Of a stretch of DNA of 64,000 nucleotides, positions 14,001 through 26,288 are shown in pieces. Made by a program: the position numbers and the translations under genes. Source of the stretch: Paragordius varius (taxonomy: Eukaryota; Animalia; Nematomorpha); assembly GCA_964247055.1 (NCBI GenBank), contig OZ176057.1, forward strand, positions 4,774,001 to 4,838,000, given 5' to 3'. The notes under the pieces are model-generated. The model worked only from the letters and a program-made list of their open reading frames with translations. It had not been told where the DNA came from and did not search any database. Position 1 is the first letter of the stretch; every line of letters begins with the position of its first letter.

Positions 14001-17000
14001 CTGAAAATTCAATAGCCAATACCAATACTGATGCAGTAATTATTTTATTTTTTTTATTTTATACCATATGTTTTCCGAAAGAATAGAAAATTATTTAATT
14101 ATTCTATTCTTTTTTACATTTGCAATAGCCTAATGCAAAGATTTTACCCTTGAAATGTGATAGTTGGTCAAAATACGGGAGATTTTCCACTTGTCGCCAT
14201 ATAATACATTACACTTGTTATGAAACCTATAAGAAGAGTGTCCAGGTAGTATATAACATAAAAATTGAAATAAAAATTTTAAGATATTACAAGTTTTTAA
14301 ATATTAATAGTGGGACAAAATTTAATTTTTTAAAAAAACCATAGTTTTTTATAAAAAACCCTATTTTAACCTCAATTTTTTAATATAACCATATTTTAAC
14401 TTTAATTTTTTAATACAACCATATATTTTAACCCCTATTTTTTAATATAACAACCATATCGCTCTGCGTTGCCAAACAGAGATAGTAAATTGGTGATGAT
14501 ACAATTTATATTAAAAATATTGTTTTTTTTTCTAATAAAATATTGGCTATGTAGATTTATATGTTGGCTTTTATAATTATATATTTTTACTATATTAAAT
14601 TTTTATAATAATTACAATATACAGTAAAAACTGAAATTATACAAAGCTAAATTTTTTTTCAAAAGACAACCATACTCTCTAAGTCTTGATTTTTTTAATA
14701 TAACTTATTGTTTATGATTGCAAAATATGAAATATAGATGTATATAGGTAACGCAATCAATTACATATTATACAATTATAATTTAATAGATTATAAATGA
14801 AAACTCCATATATAATTTCAATTTTTACTGTATATATTTTAGAATATATTTAAAATTAAATTTTAGGGGCCACAGCATATCATAAATTTGGTAATGAATT
14901 AATTATAAATATATCATATATAGCAATTAATATTTTTTTAAACAAAAATAATTTTACACGAAAAATATTATTTACGGTAAAAATTAAAAGTATATATGGA
15001 AACGCGTAAAAATATAAAGACAAATTTTTTTTTAAAACGATAACCTACTTTAAACCTTAATTTAACCTATTACAATAATTATATAATAACAATTGTATTA
15101 CCACAATATACATCTCTATTTTACACTTTGAAGTTTAAAACAATGAGTTTGTTATATGCAATAAAAAACGAGAATTAAAAAATATGGTTGGCTGTCTTTT
15201 TGAGAAAAAAACATATTTGTCTTTATAACGTTTTGTCCCCCCCCCCCCCTGTATAATTTCAATTCTTACTGTATTTCTTTGAAAAAAAAAACATTTATTA
15301 TTATAGGAAAGCAACCTTTCACCCCTACAAAGTGGTATTGGGGAATTTTTTTGCCCCGTTTGTCGAAGTCCTTCAAACACTTTTATACCGCTTGTCCGAT
15401 TGACATCAAATTGTCACCCGATACAAAGTTCACCATTTGGTTATAAAGGAGGTAAATTTAAAATTTTTTTCTAGGATTCGGATTATTTTTACTAAATAAA
15501 GAGGGCACATATTTTGCGCATATAAACGACAGCTATACATTTGTAAAAAACTTGGATTTTTTGTTGTACATCATCAGACCACCTTGTAAAATGAATGTAA
15601 AGTGATTATTTTCATTACGGTAAAAATTGAAATTATACAGGGACAAAAGGTTAAAATATAAAGACAAATATTTTTTTTTAAGAAGACAACCAACCATACT
15701 TTAAAATTTTCCTTTTTTTTAATTATAACTCTTTGTTTTAAATTCCAAAGTATAGAATAGAGATGTATATTGTGGTAACACAATCAATTATATATCTTGC
15801 GATTGTATTAAAATGGTTTTTATAGTATAAATTAAAGTTTAAAAAGAATCAAAAGTATGATTGTCGTTTAAAAAATTTGTCTTTATATTTTTACATTTTG
15901 ACCGTATAATTTCAATTTTTACTGTAATTATATGGTAAAGTTTGTTAACAAATTGCATTTATCCCTATTTTCCTTATTTCACAATCCAAAACGATAGAGT
16001 AAATCAAGAATTAATTTAGAAAACATATGAATATATTATTAACAAATAAAAAATTTATTAATAAAACTCTATTTCAATCGTGTTAGCATGATCTTGATGA
16101 TCGAAATATAAGTTAATAATTTTTTTTATTTGTTAATAATATATTCATACGTTTGCTAAATTAATTCTTGTATTTTTATTCATGGAATTCTTAAATAACT
16201 ATATGGAGTAAATAATTTATAATAAATAGAGAACAAAGATATAATTTAAACCAGGAGTCTCCAACACAAATGGCTCTTTGCGGGCCGCATTTGCTAAACA
16301 TATATGGACACTAACTAATATTATATTTTATTAGATTTTAATCATGAGACTGCCATATAAACTACTATTAATACTAACATTTTTTCGCTAGTAGTTCATT
16401 ATTAACAGTTAGAAAGATTTAGTTAGAAAATTTGTTCAATAAAAAATTAATTTTACATAGATTGAAGTTTTATTATATTTGAAATTTCTCGCGGGCTGCC
16501 AAAATAGTTTGGAGGGTGGCATCATGTTGAACTTGCTTAGTTTAATCAATAATTTTGTAATTTTACTTTTTATAATTATAATTTACTCTATTTTTTACGA
16601 ATTGAAAAGTTTTTATGTATTATAGCCGGAGATACTCAAAATCCTGTCGATATAGCTTCCAAAAACACGCTTAATGATAAAAATAAGGAAACTACTAAAA
16701 ATGATTTTAGCGAAGATATACTACTAGTTTTTAATCAAACATCAAATAATTTTGTCAAAGCAAACACGGGTTACATGTCCAAATGCTTAATGTTAAATGA
16801 TAAATATTTGCATTCACATTCTGAATCGAATAGGCTATTAACATTACAGAGGCATTTTTTGCAATATACTAATATGAATTTTAATTTTAATGATAATAAT
16901 AATATCCCCAGTATAATTGAAAAATGTACGGGTGTGGATGGCGAAAATGTATGGATAGATGCAATTCGCTTTATATCATATATAAGGTTTTAAATAAATA

Positions 17001-20000
17001 TGCCATTTATGTAATTGAAATTCACTCTTGAACATGGTAAATTCACCCTAAAATTAATTATATGTCTTTTTTAAATTAATTTAAAATTACCTATATTTTT
17101 TATATGTTTTTTAAAATATGTGAATTTTTGTTTAATATTAATATAATACTGTTTTAATTAATTTAAAATTTCCTATATTTTTTTATGTTTTTTAAAATAT
17201 GTGAATTTTTGTTAAACATTAACATAACACTGAAAAAAATAATAAAGTATGTTATAATAATATATTTTATATTAATGATGAGTTATATTAGCCTGAAAAC
17301 ACATAATTTATTTTTAGGGTGAATTTGAATTGTTCAAGAGTGAAATTGATTGTAAATGATATATTATGTTAATTTTCTTTATTAAGTAAACAATTATATC
17401 CATTTTTTCCAAACAATAGTGTTCCGTAAAAATGTTAGGACAAACCCTAAGGTTTAATGTCGTACTATTACAGTAAAAAAGGAAATACGGACAAAACGTA
17501 AAAATATAAAGATAAAGGACAGCTATACTTTATTTAACCTAATTTTTTCCTTTATAATTATTTAATATTCTAAAAAATAACAAGATTCAAAAAGTATGGG
17601 GTTGTCTCTTAAAAAAATATTTGTCCCTTCTTTTGTCCACGTGAAATTTCAATTTTTACCCTATATTTTTTTCTCTTTCTGTGAATTGTATATATCATGT
17701 TTATTTCAAAAAAATATATTTTAAAAAGTCTAAAACCGCTTTTTCAATAATGGATGTAATTAATATTTATATTTACGACGTGTAATATATTTTATATTCA
17801 TCCATTTTAATTTTGACAAAAAACTATTTTTTATATATAAAAATCATTTTTATACTTAGAATTAATTTAGAGGCCGATCTTATGTTAGAACGGAGTAAAC
17901 TTGAATATCAATCCAATAATACTAAAATGGGTATTTATTTTGGTTTATTTTTTAATATGTTATTTATTATAAAAATTTCCAGCTCTTATAATTTTGTATA
18001 TGTATTTTGTAGATCTACCAGATAATAATCCTAAAAAAAAGCATAAACAGTCGGTTTTAGGTATAATTTGAAATATATATATAGGAATTATTATACAGTA
18101 GCATTTTAATGGTTGCATATTTTACACTTTAGTTAAGCAATTTGCAACCCAGTAGTGTATAGAAAAAAAGAATAAAATGTTGCATAAACAATTTTTTCCA
18201 TACACTACTGTGTTGCAAATTGCCCAACTATAGTGTAAAATAAACCATTCAAAGGCATATTTTAATATCAATTTCATTATAAAACTTATTTTATTTGCTA
18301 TTATAATTTTGAAGTTGTTAATACTAGGATTTTTGGTTTAAAAAAATTGGTATTTCTTTGGAAAAATAATTTATGCTGTATAATATTTAGGATTACAATT
18401 TACTAATGCTTACATCCATACATTGAGATTGGCTGACAAATGTCACACCAATTTTTATTCCTTGATGGAAAAAATTAAACAAGCAATTTTATTTTTACTG
18501 ACTTATGAGGCAACTAACGACACCAAGTATATATATATATATATATATATTGGATATTATTTTGAATGAATTATAAAAACGTTGTCAATTTTTTATTGAG
18601 CAGTGTCATTCCAACTTTTTATAAAAAAAAATTTTTTTTGAGATAATAGATCATATTTATGACATACAATCGCTTTTAAAAAATATATTTTTTTCCTAGG
18701 AAATCAGTACATGGCATATCTACACCATTTTATAGTTCCATAATATGGTCGGATTGTATAACACTTTTTATTTTACTTATATTTACGAATTGGCCATACT
18801 TGCAAAGCCAGCCACAAACATTTAATGGTAAGTATTTGGAAAATTATATATATACTAAAAATTATACGGACAAAACGTATAGATATAAAGACAACTATTT
18901 TATTTTTGTCTAAATGACTACCCCATACTTTTTAAGCTTCATTTTTGTAAATATAACACATTGTTTCAAATCGCAAAGTGTATAATAGAGATGTATATTA
19001 ATTGTTGGTAACCATAATCAATTTATTTTTGTACAGTAGAGTAAATGGTTTATATAAAAAAAATCAAGTTTTAAAAAGGTATCTTTGTTTTTTGAAAAAA
19101 AATATTTGTCTTTATATTTTTGCGTTTTGTCCGTATAATTTCAATTTTTACTCTATATATACATTTTATAAATTGTTATTATTTCTTTAAATATTTGTAT
19201 CCTACCTTTCACGATAATTTTAGATTCTTTGTATGCCTGGATCTTCAATTTATTTTACCTACAATTGAGTCAACTTTTATGCCATATATCTCTTCCATTA
19301 AAAATGGGACCTGTCCAGGTTTATTTTTCTATTTTGTTTTTAATATAGGCTGGCGAACGTTTCGGAACTTACAACAATTTACAAAAACATCATCTTCTAA
19401 AAAAAAATTTTTCTAAATAAGACTAGGCAAATCGAAAGAACGATAAAAAAAATTGTTACATTCATTTTTATTTTGCAGTTTCCTATGTTTGAAATCTAAT
19501 AAAAGGTATGTTCGGCTCGCCGAAATTTTTGTGATAAAAATGCGGTACGTGATGCCATTTTCGTTGAAAACTCCGCCTGATTTAGAGTATAACTTAAATA
19601 ATGTTAGTTTATATTCATTCATATGTTTGATGTAGATTTACGAAAATGTCAAAATATCAGGAGACAATCAAAATTTTCTACATTCAACTATCTTGTATAG
19701 GATGCAACATTTTTTGAATATGTGTTTGACTGTTTTATATCAATTCAACCTTCTTGATAAGGTTAATACCAAACTTTTTTTGACTTCTTATTTCAATTTA
19801 TATTATAAGTGAATTTCCCTTTTTTCCTAATTCTATATATTTTGGATTCTTTAATCTGAATATAATTATGGTGTCATATTCAATCAAATTATTGAACGCA
19901 AAATTTAACGCTACTAATTTTTTGATTTGTTTTAGATTATAAATATCCACTTTATGTCCTATTTTGACTTGTATTTGCATTACAGTCAAAATTGAAAAAT

Positions 20001-22321
20001 TATACTGACAAAACGTAAAAATATAAAGACAAATATTTTTTTTCAAAAAAGACAACCCCATACTTTTTTAAACCGTAATTTTTCATATAAAACGTTAATT
20101 ACCGCTCTAAAATATAAAATTGATTATGCAATTTATTCAATTTTATTTTTTGCAATTTAAAGCAATGAGGTAAAAATTAAAAAAAATACAAAAAGTATAG
20201 TTTTTTTTTCGAAAAAAATATTTGTCTATATATTTTTAAGTTTTTTATCCGTAATGTGTTAAAAATTATTAATCTATATATTATAGATGCAATATACGAA
20301 TATGTTGTTGGATATCAACATGATTATAAAACAGAGTCAACCTTCTAATATAAATGATATTGCACGATCCCTGAATGTACGATTTTTCCCAGTTTTGCAA
20401 ACGCTTAAAATTATAAAAAACACAAATTATTCTGAAAATCAAAATGAAAGTATTGATGATAATATGGAAAGAGATATTTTCACATTAATAGATTCTAGTC
20501 ATATCAATCATTATACCAGCCTTCTTTTGGCAGAGCAAATTGGTAATTTATTAATATATTTTTTTAAATGATTGTTTCGATACAGTACCCGCACTCTATT
20601 GTTAGCCATTTGAAATACAATATCGTATAGGTTTAAAGCAACAAATGGTTGAAATTAATATAGGTTTCACTATCATCTAACTTTAAATTCGGTTATTTAG
20701 TTTGGACAATGTTTGTTTTATACCATATACGTTATTGTATAAACGATTGTAAAACAAGAAAGTTGTTTGGTACTAAAGGGACAATATGTTGACCCGGTCT
20801 ACTACTTTTTAATTATATATATTTTTTATAACTCATACGCTAGATATTAATAAACATCAAACCCTAAAATTACATTGGATTCAACAAGAATGGTTTATAC
20901 AATCCTTATATCCTAACTATGCCAATTGGAAAGTATCCTCCTTAAATACAAACAATGTAGTAGAAAATAATCCTAGTACATCATTAACCCCAAACATTTC
21001 TAATCAACTATCAAGGGAAGAAATTAATACATGTTGTTTTTGGTTACATAGCCTTATACCTATACCCAAAACGTATGAAACACTATTCTCCACCTTTTAT
21101 CAACGTAAATGTCCGACCTGTCAAACCAAACCACGGGATCCCGCTGTATGTTTAGTTTGTGGAACGCTAATCTGTGTCCGAGATAATTGTTGTACTCAAA
21201 TTAACACGCAAAATTCACCTTTAAACACCATATATGAGGCTTGTAAGGTAGAAAGTAACATTTTCTTGCCCAATAAAAAAAATTGATTTGATGTTTGTGC
21301 AAAAAAAAATGGTGAGGGCTTAATTCAATATGTAAAGTGGAAATTATTTGTTCGTGACTATAGCTGAGCCTTTTTTGAAATAACTTCCTTCAAAAAATTT
21401 AAACCTTTTTTAGGCGAATTCCCACTATACAATAACGTGACTTTGAAGCGATCGAAACTTCTCAGACCATAAAAATTGATTTTTTTCCACCACAAAAATA
21501 GTCTGTGGCTAAATCGCTTTCAAAAAATATATTTTATTGATGTACTGATGATATAGTCAATTAAACCACATCTTATAGTTTATATAAATTTTATACTGCT
21601 AACTTTTTTTTAACATTATATTAGCACGCAGACATGTGTGGATATGGTACCGCCGTTTATCTCATAATAAATTCGGGTTGTGTTTTAATTATCCATGCCC
21701 ATCGAGCTTGTATATGGTCATCTCTTTACTTGGATTCTTATGGTGAAGAAGATAGGGATTTAAGGTTTGATTTGGTGAATTTGGCCAGTGTCATGTTTAT
21801 AAATATCAATATTGATGCTTTTGAAATGGTATAAATGAAATATTTTTGTTTTTGCAAAACTGTGAGTTTATTTCTCCCTTTTTAATAATTGTGAATAAGA
21901 AGTTGTGTTTATCATAATTTTTTTAATGAAAAAATTTACAAATTATATGAGAATTAACATAAGCTAATTAGTTTTTAGGCACTCTTAATTTAATCGAGTC
22001 CAATTGGAAATGGGTTACCATAATTACTAAATCAAATCTAATATCAGTTGATTTATTGACCTATGCAATGGGTGAATCAAAATTATTTTAAAGTTGGACT
22101 GTGAAAAATATATGTATACTTTTTACATTTAAGCAACATTATATCAAATTTTATTTATTAAAAAAACGTAATATATATGATTTTAATTTTTTTTTACCTA
22201 TAGGCGTGGGAAACCGTTATATCTGAATTCTCAACGGCTGGCATATATTGAAACTTTGTATAAAACTGACGATTTTCTCAACACACTCAAACAATGGACA
22301 TGGCATATGAATTCATTATAA
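1..22321 (+). CDS. UBR3: E3 ubiquitin-protein ligase UBR3-like (N-recognin family), 3' portion; the 5' end lies outside the window
   Basis: Phase-consistent GT-AG exons: 1-48, 756-889, 2108-2436, 3079-3166, 4628-4724, 5906-6104, 6760-6864, 7051-7096, 8102-8263, 9056-9181, 9779-9941, 11140-11261, 12409-12582, 13457-13541, 13618-14035, 14129-14245, 15307-15451, 16626-16986, 17860-17930 (or 17942), 18013-18060, 18391-18526, 18700-18827, 19224-19318, [19349-19602 unresolved], 19636-19761, 20287-20542, 20844-21247, 21625-21764, 22204-22321. Family motifs: QGFYTPKDIVWETMFDP, WPPFR, RIGNGEFWFNKIL, KMANERQKRIL, split RING-H2 (CCVC ... TCRHIIHYTC ... GEFFCPVCR), and the Cys-rich C-terminus YQRKCPTCQTKPRDPAVCLVCG ... 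CGYGTAVYLIINS ... [22 protein letters not shown] ... WTWHMNSL*. The C-terminus resembles UBR3 more than UBR1/2. Confidence 0.93.
1215..1465. mobile_element. MITE family B (TA-flanked, CCATTTAC...GTAAATGG termini, 21-bp subterminal tandem repeats); representative copy
   Basis: TA|CCATTTACAATTC at 1213 and GAACTGTAAATGG|TA at 1465-1467; internal unit GAACAATTCAAATTCACCCT(C/T). Other copies near 260-520, 4087-4552, 4945-5350, 7210-8060 (nested or partial), 11360-11570, 17010-17365, 27280-27335, 47700-47780, 49476-49757 and 52233-52470. Confidence 0.8.
1571..1740. mobile_element. MITE family C (short hairpin element, TA|CAGTATGCATTTTAATG terminus); representative copy
   Basis: Palindromic body: CACATTATAGTAGGGCAATTTGCAACAC...GTATGGAAAAA mirrored by TTTTTCCATACAC...GTGTTGCGAATTG...CTATAGTGTG. 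Copies at about 3524-3680, 3938-4090, 6165-6342 and 18096-18258. TA plus CAGT terminus is typical of Tc1/mariner derivatives. Confidence 0.78.
4087..4552. mobile_element. MITE family B copy with expanded 21-bp subterminal arrays
   Basis: TA|CCATTTAC at 4085 and GTAAATGG|TA at 4552-4554; about 5 units on the left arm and about 8 inverted units (AAGGGTGAATTTGAACTGTTC) on the right arm. Confidence 0.8.
14340..14455. repeat. Degenerate minisatellite, unit about 29 bp, 3-4 copies
   Basis: Repeated CCATATTTTAAC...TTTTTAATATAA. Confidence 0.6.
15618..15924. mobile_element. MITE family A (about 300 bp, TA|C(A/G)GTAAAAA(C/T)TGAAATTATAC...GTATAATTTCAATTTTTACTG|TA); the most abundant repeat in the window
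   Basis: Long imperfect TIRs containing GGACAAAACGTAAAAATATAAAGACAAA...AAAGACAACCATACTTT, with TA flanks. About 20 or more full or partial copies by eye, e.g. 5540-5860, 8320-8600, 8700-9010, 9400-9660, 10115-10400, 12080-12370, 13130-13380, 14622-14830, 14970-15270, 18855-19155, 19980-20250, 44200-44510, 47150-47390, 50935-51195, 51665-51920. Confidence 0.85.
15990..16185. mobile_element. Small palindromic (MITE-like) element
   Basis: CAAGAATTAATTTAG...ATGAATATATTATTAACAAATAAAAAA is mirrored by TTTTTTTATTTGTTAATAATATATTCAT...CTAAATTAATTCTTG. Confidence 0.6.
16252..16539. mobile_element. Non-autonomous hAT-type MITE
   Basis: Starts CAGGAGTCTCCAAC, has subterminal GCGGGCCGC / GCGGGCTGC, and a degenerate right end GTTGAACTTGCTTA. 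The flanking 8-mers ATTTAAAC / GTTTAATC (6/8) fit an 8-bp hAT TSD. Confidence 0.6.
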
Positions 22322-24606
22322 CAAATTTGTTATAGATTCTAGAAAATCGAAAGAATTATTTAATTGCTGTATTTAATATATACGATAGTTTTAGACCTAT
22401 ATAGTTACCTATCGTATCTTTAAGCTAGGATCTTATTAATAAATTTAATTATAATGTCTTTACCAGCATTAGCAAAGTTTGTTATATGAGGTTAAAAAAA
22501 TAGTAATGTCTTTTACTGGAAAAAACCAATTAATTTTACACCATATACTATAGTGTGATTTATAGTTAGTACGACAATCGTATTAATGTTCCACAGCATT
22601 AAACCATATCCATTTAAATATGTATATCATTTTTTCATTTCGATAATTTCCCGAATGTGGTTTCTTTTTATGGGGTTATATATATATATCTATACAATGA
22701 CTTATTTACAGATTTGTGCTTGTTTTAACGGAGATATGTTTTGGTAGCATTTAAAGATGTTTTATTATCGCTATTATACAGGTTAGTAAATTCATTTAAT
22801 CTATTCATACTTCTTCCGTTTGCCCCTATACACATAGTGGCAAAGAAAGATGGTAATATATATTCTTGGCAATCTGTCACGCTATATCAGATCTTTGTAT
22901 CTAATGCGATTAATTATCTTGGACCTTGATAAAATATCGAAAAGGTCCATAGAAAAACGCTTTTGTGGAGATATTGAAATACAAGATTTTTATATAAGGA
23001 TGTTTGCTTATAATCGATTTGGGATTATGCATTGTTTTTATTTATGGCAAACAATAATCCTACCGTTATTAAAATAATTTACGTCTAATCTCGGTATTTT
23101 CGCTTTTTTTAAAGATGTTTTAAAGTCGGGCGATAATTTGTGACTTTCAAGTACTCATATATAAACTTGAATTTTGAAAAAATTTTGCCTTTATACATAT
23201 ATTATAATAGATATTATTGATTTTTAAGAGCATTTAGCTTTTACCAAAAAAATATAGTCCAGAATGTGCCTTATTTTTGCGATTTTACGATATCGAATCA
23301 ATTACTCTATGCAAATAATTTTTTTTATATTATTTGTAAGCCTTGAAACCAAATGCACCACGAGAATACTAGCCATTTATCTATAAGAATATATATTATC
23401 AAAATATATTTATATTTTCTAATTGTGGTCGGATGAATTTAATGAGTTTTCAAAAATTGATTTGCCAAAAATAAATTTTAAATATGATTTAAAATTTGTT
23501 AATAATTATTTAAAATTTTACGAACTAACAATGAAAATTGTATAGAAATGTAAAAATATTTTTATACAAATATACCTAATGATATAATTGTGAAAATGTA
23601 GGCTTAAATTCCCAAAACAACAGCTATAAATCAATAAATGTATATCTTTATAGAAAATTTTAATTACCAACCATTTAATATTTTTACTAAATAATGGTGT
23701 ATTATTAGCTTTATAAAATACTAGAATGGGTATCACAATTTCTCCATATTAAGTGACAAGTTTTATATTAGTGGATATGTATTTACGCATCCTATAAATT
23801 ATTATGCATCTTATAAAAGATCGATGCCAACAAAATATAGCACATTTTTATAATTATAAAAGCATTGCATGAAATTGGATCCCCCGAAATATTATATATA
23901 TAAATTTGAAGAATATAAATTCTTTTCTGACCTATATATAAATTACAATAATTAATATTATACAAAACATAAAAATGTAAAGACAATTTTTTTTAAAAGA
24001 CAGCCACACTTGTTCAGACTTTAATCTAACCTATCATACACAATATATTGTGTTACCAATTTATATTCTATACTTTGCAGTCTAAACCAGGAGTTTTATA
24101 TATCAGGATTTAAAAACGATTGAAATGATTTTTATCGGATAAATCAACGTTTAAAAAGTATGGTTGTCTTAATTTTGTCCTAATTCCGTTTGGTCCGTAT
24201 AATTTCGTAAAAACATTAGCAATGATGCCATTATAAAAAAATAAGTAAAAGACCTGTTTGACATGTGGCAATAACCATTATTTAAAATGATCATTTAATA
24301 AATTAGTTAATTATTGCCAATTCAATCTACAATATGTATGTTAACAATTAATTACTTTAATTCCGCTATAAAAATTATTTTTAATAAAAAATTTTAATGT
24401 TAGTTAATCAGTCTTTAACTCCAGAGCGATGGTTTTATAGTAATCGGCCCAAATATGAAAATCAATTTTAGAAATTGGATAACACTGCAGTATCTCTTTT
24501 TACAAATAATTTCGCAGCTTATGTGTCATTGTTAACAATTGAATAAATAATTTTGATGTTCCATTTTATAAATGTGGAGATAGTCTATTATTTAAACGAT
24601 TTGAAT

Positions 24607-24643
<37 letters not shown>

Positions 24644-25015
24644 CCTACAAATCTAAAATAAAATGTTATATTTGCAAATATTCAAATAAGATGAAAAAAG
24701 TATTTTATACTTTTTTATCGAAACCAAAAAATTTAGAATAAATTTAAGATAACAATTTTTAAAAGTTCTGTAACTTCTGATCCAAACATGGTTCCGAGGT
24801 CGCATTTTATCATAAAATATTGTTTAAAACATATTTACACGATAAATCCTCATTTTGATAATAAATTTGATATGTGTAATGTATTCGATATAATAAAGAT
24901 TTATGAGAGAGGCTCAATGATTTAAGTGTTTATCTATCAAGGATGATGTTTATGGAATTATATGTTTTTTGGCATTGATAAATATTTCCACATGCCAACA
25001 TCGAATGGCTTATTA

Positions 25016-25023
25016 TATATAAA
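25016..25023 (+). promoter_or_regulatory. Candidate TATA box of antistasin-like gene A
   Basis: TATATAAA about 75-80 bp upstream of the ATG, conserved in the paralog (about 45508-45515) within a well-conserved upstream block. Confidence 0.4.
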
Positions 25024-25096
25024 TGCGTTTTTAACGATATAATTTAATTTCGTATATTTTTAATCGCAACAAATAAACTTACTACAACTCCTAGAA

Positions 25097-26288
25097 ATGG
25101 TTAAAATAATTAAATTTTTATTTTTGGTGTGCCTTAGCGTTTGTCTTTTCAACGGTCTTTGCGGCGAAGTTGAACATCCTAAAGAGTCTGAAGGGCCTCA
25201 AATACATCATGTCGGTAAATATTTCGAGTTTTATATTTTTTTGAATAAAGCATTTAAAAATCCTGGGCTGTATAAACTTTTAGGATCGCTAATATTTTTA
25301 TCATCAACTGGATAATCCTTATATAATGGTTTTCTTTGTTAATGCGGGTATAAAAGTTTAACAAATTTAATGTTTAAAGTTTTCGCTTTCTATGATATAA
25401 TCATTAAAATATAAATGCCATAACTTAGACATCACATATTATTTTAATGCACAAATGACTAATATTTTATATGTGGGAAACATTTACTCCATAAAAAAAT
25501 AAAGCTGTTACCTTCATCCTATTTATTATTCCGCCTTTCAAAACGTCATATATAACAGTAAAATTTAAAATATATTCACAACTCGTAAAAACTTAAAAAG
25601 ACAACCATACATTAAAAAATCTGATTTTTTTAATTTAATTTCAATTATATAAATTATATTCTTTTAACACCTTAATGTAACTCAAAGCACCAAGTTATAT
25701 TTGATAATAATTAAATACTACTGGTGTTTCAAAATTTCTTTATATAGTTTCAAGTTTACTCTACCTTAAATTATATTGATTATTTTTATTTTATATTTTT
25801 GCTGTTGTATATGCCAAATTTACTTTTAAAGGCTGTAACATTAAGTTTTTTGAAAATCATTTATTACGCTGGCGAGGTTTTATATCTATTTCAAAAAATA
25901 TGCCTAAAATGGGTTTTAAAACACGCTTTTTTCTGTACGCAAAAGTTCTTAGAATATGTTAATGGAAATATAAAAATGGAATTCCATCAAAAACTTGCAT
26001 TATCTGGAAGATAAAATCAAAATTTGGTCAAAACAATTTAAAACGAAAAAGTATAAAAGCGGCCACGAAGATATTTGTGTTGAACACCGGATCTAATAAT
26101 TTGACCAGAAAATTAATATTTCATTTTATGTTTTTGATATCCTTAACAATAATATGCAGAATTTTAAATTTAACTTTTAATTAATTTTTATATAATTTTT
26201 AGATTGTCCCGGAGTGCCATGTTCTTTAAACTGCCCAGGTGGCTTCAAACGGGATTATAAGGGTTGTCAAGTCTGCGATTGCTTATAA
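25097..26288 (+). CDS. Secreted 67-aa peptide with a single antistasin-type (six-Cys) protease-inhibitor domain, paralog A
   Basis: Exons 25097-25214 and 26203-26288 (phase 1, GT-AG) give MVKIIKFLFLVCLSVCLFNGLCGEVEHPKESEGPQIHHVDCPGVPCSLNCPGGFKRDYKGCQVCDCL*. Hydrophobic N-terminal signal; C-x4-C-x3-C-P-x-G-F-x2-D-x2-G-C-x2-C-x-C matches the antistasin motif. AATAAA about 75 bp after the stop. Confidence 0.85.
25870..26110 (+). mobile_element. Possible decayed mariner transposase N-terminal fragment in the intron of paralog A
   Basis: Segment has no counterpart in the paralog B intron. Broken translations EFHQKL and WSKQF...KSGHEDICVEHR recall the mariner HTH region (EIHxxL, WxxxFKSGxxDxEDxxR). 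Weak. Confidence 0.3.
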
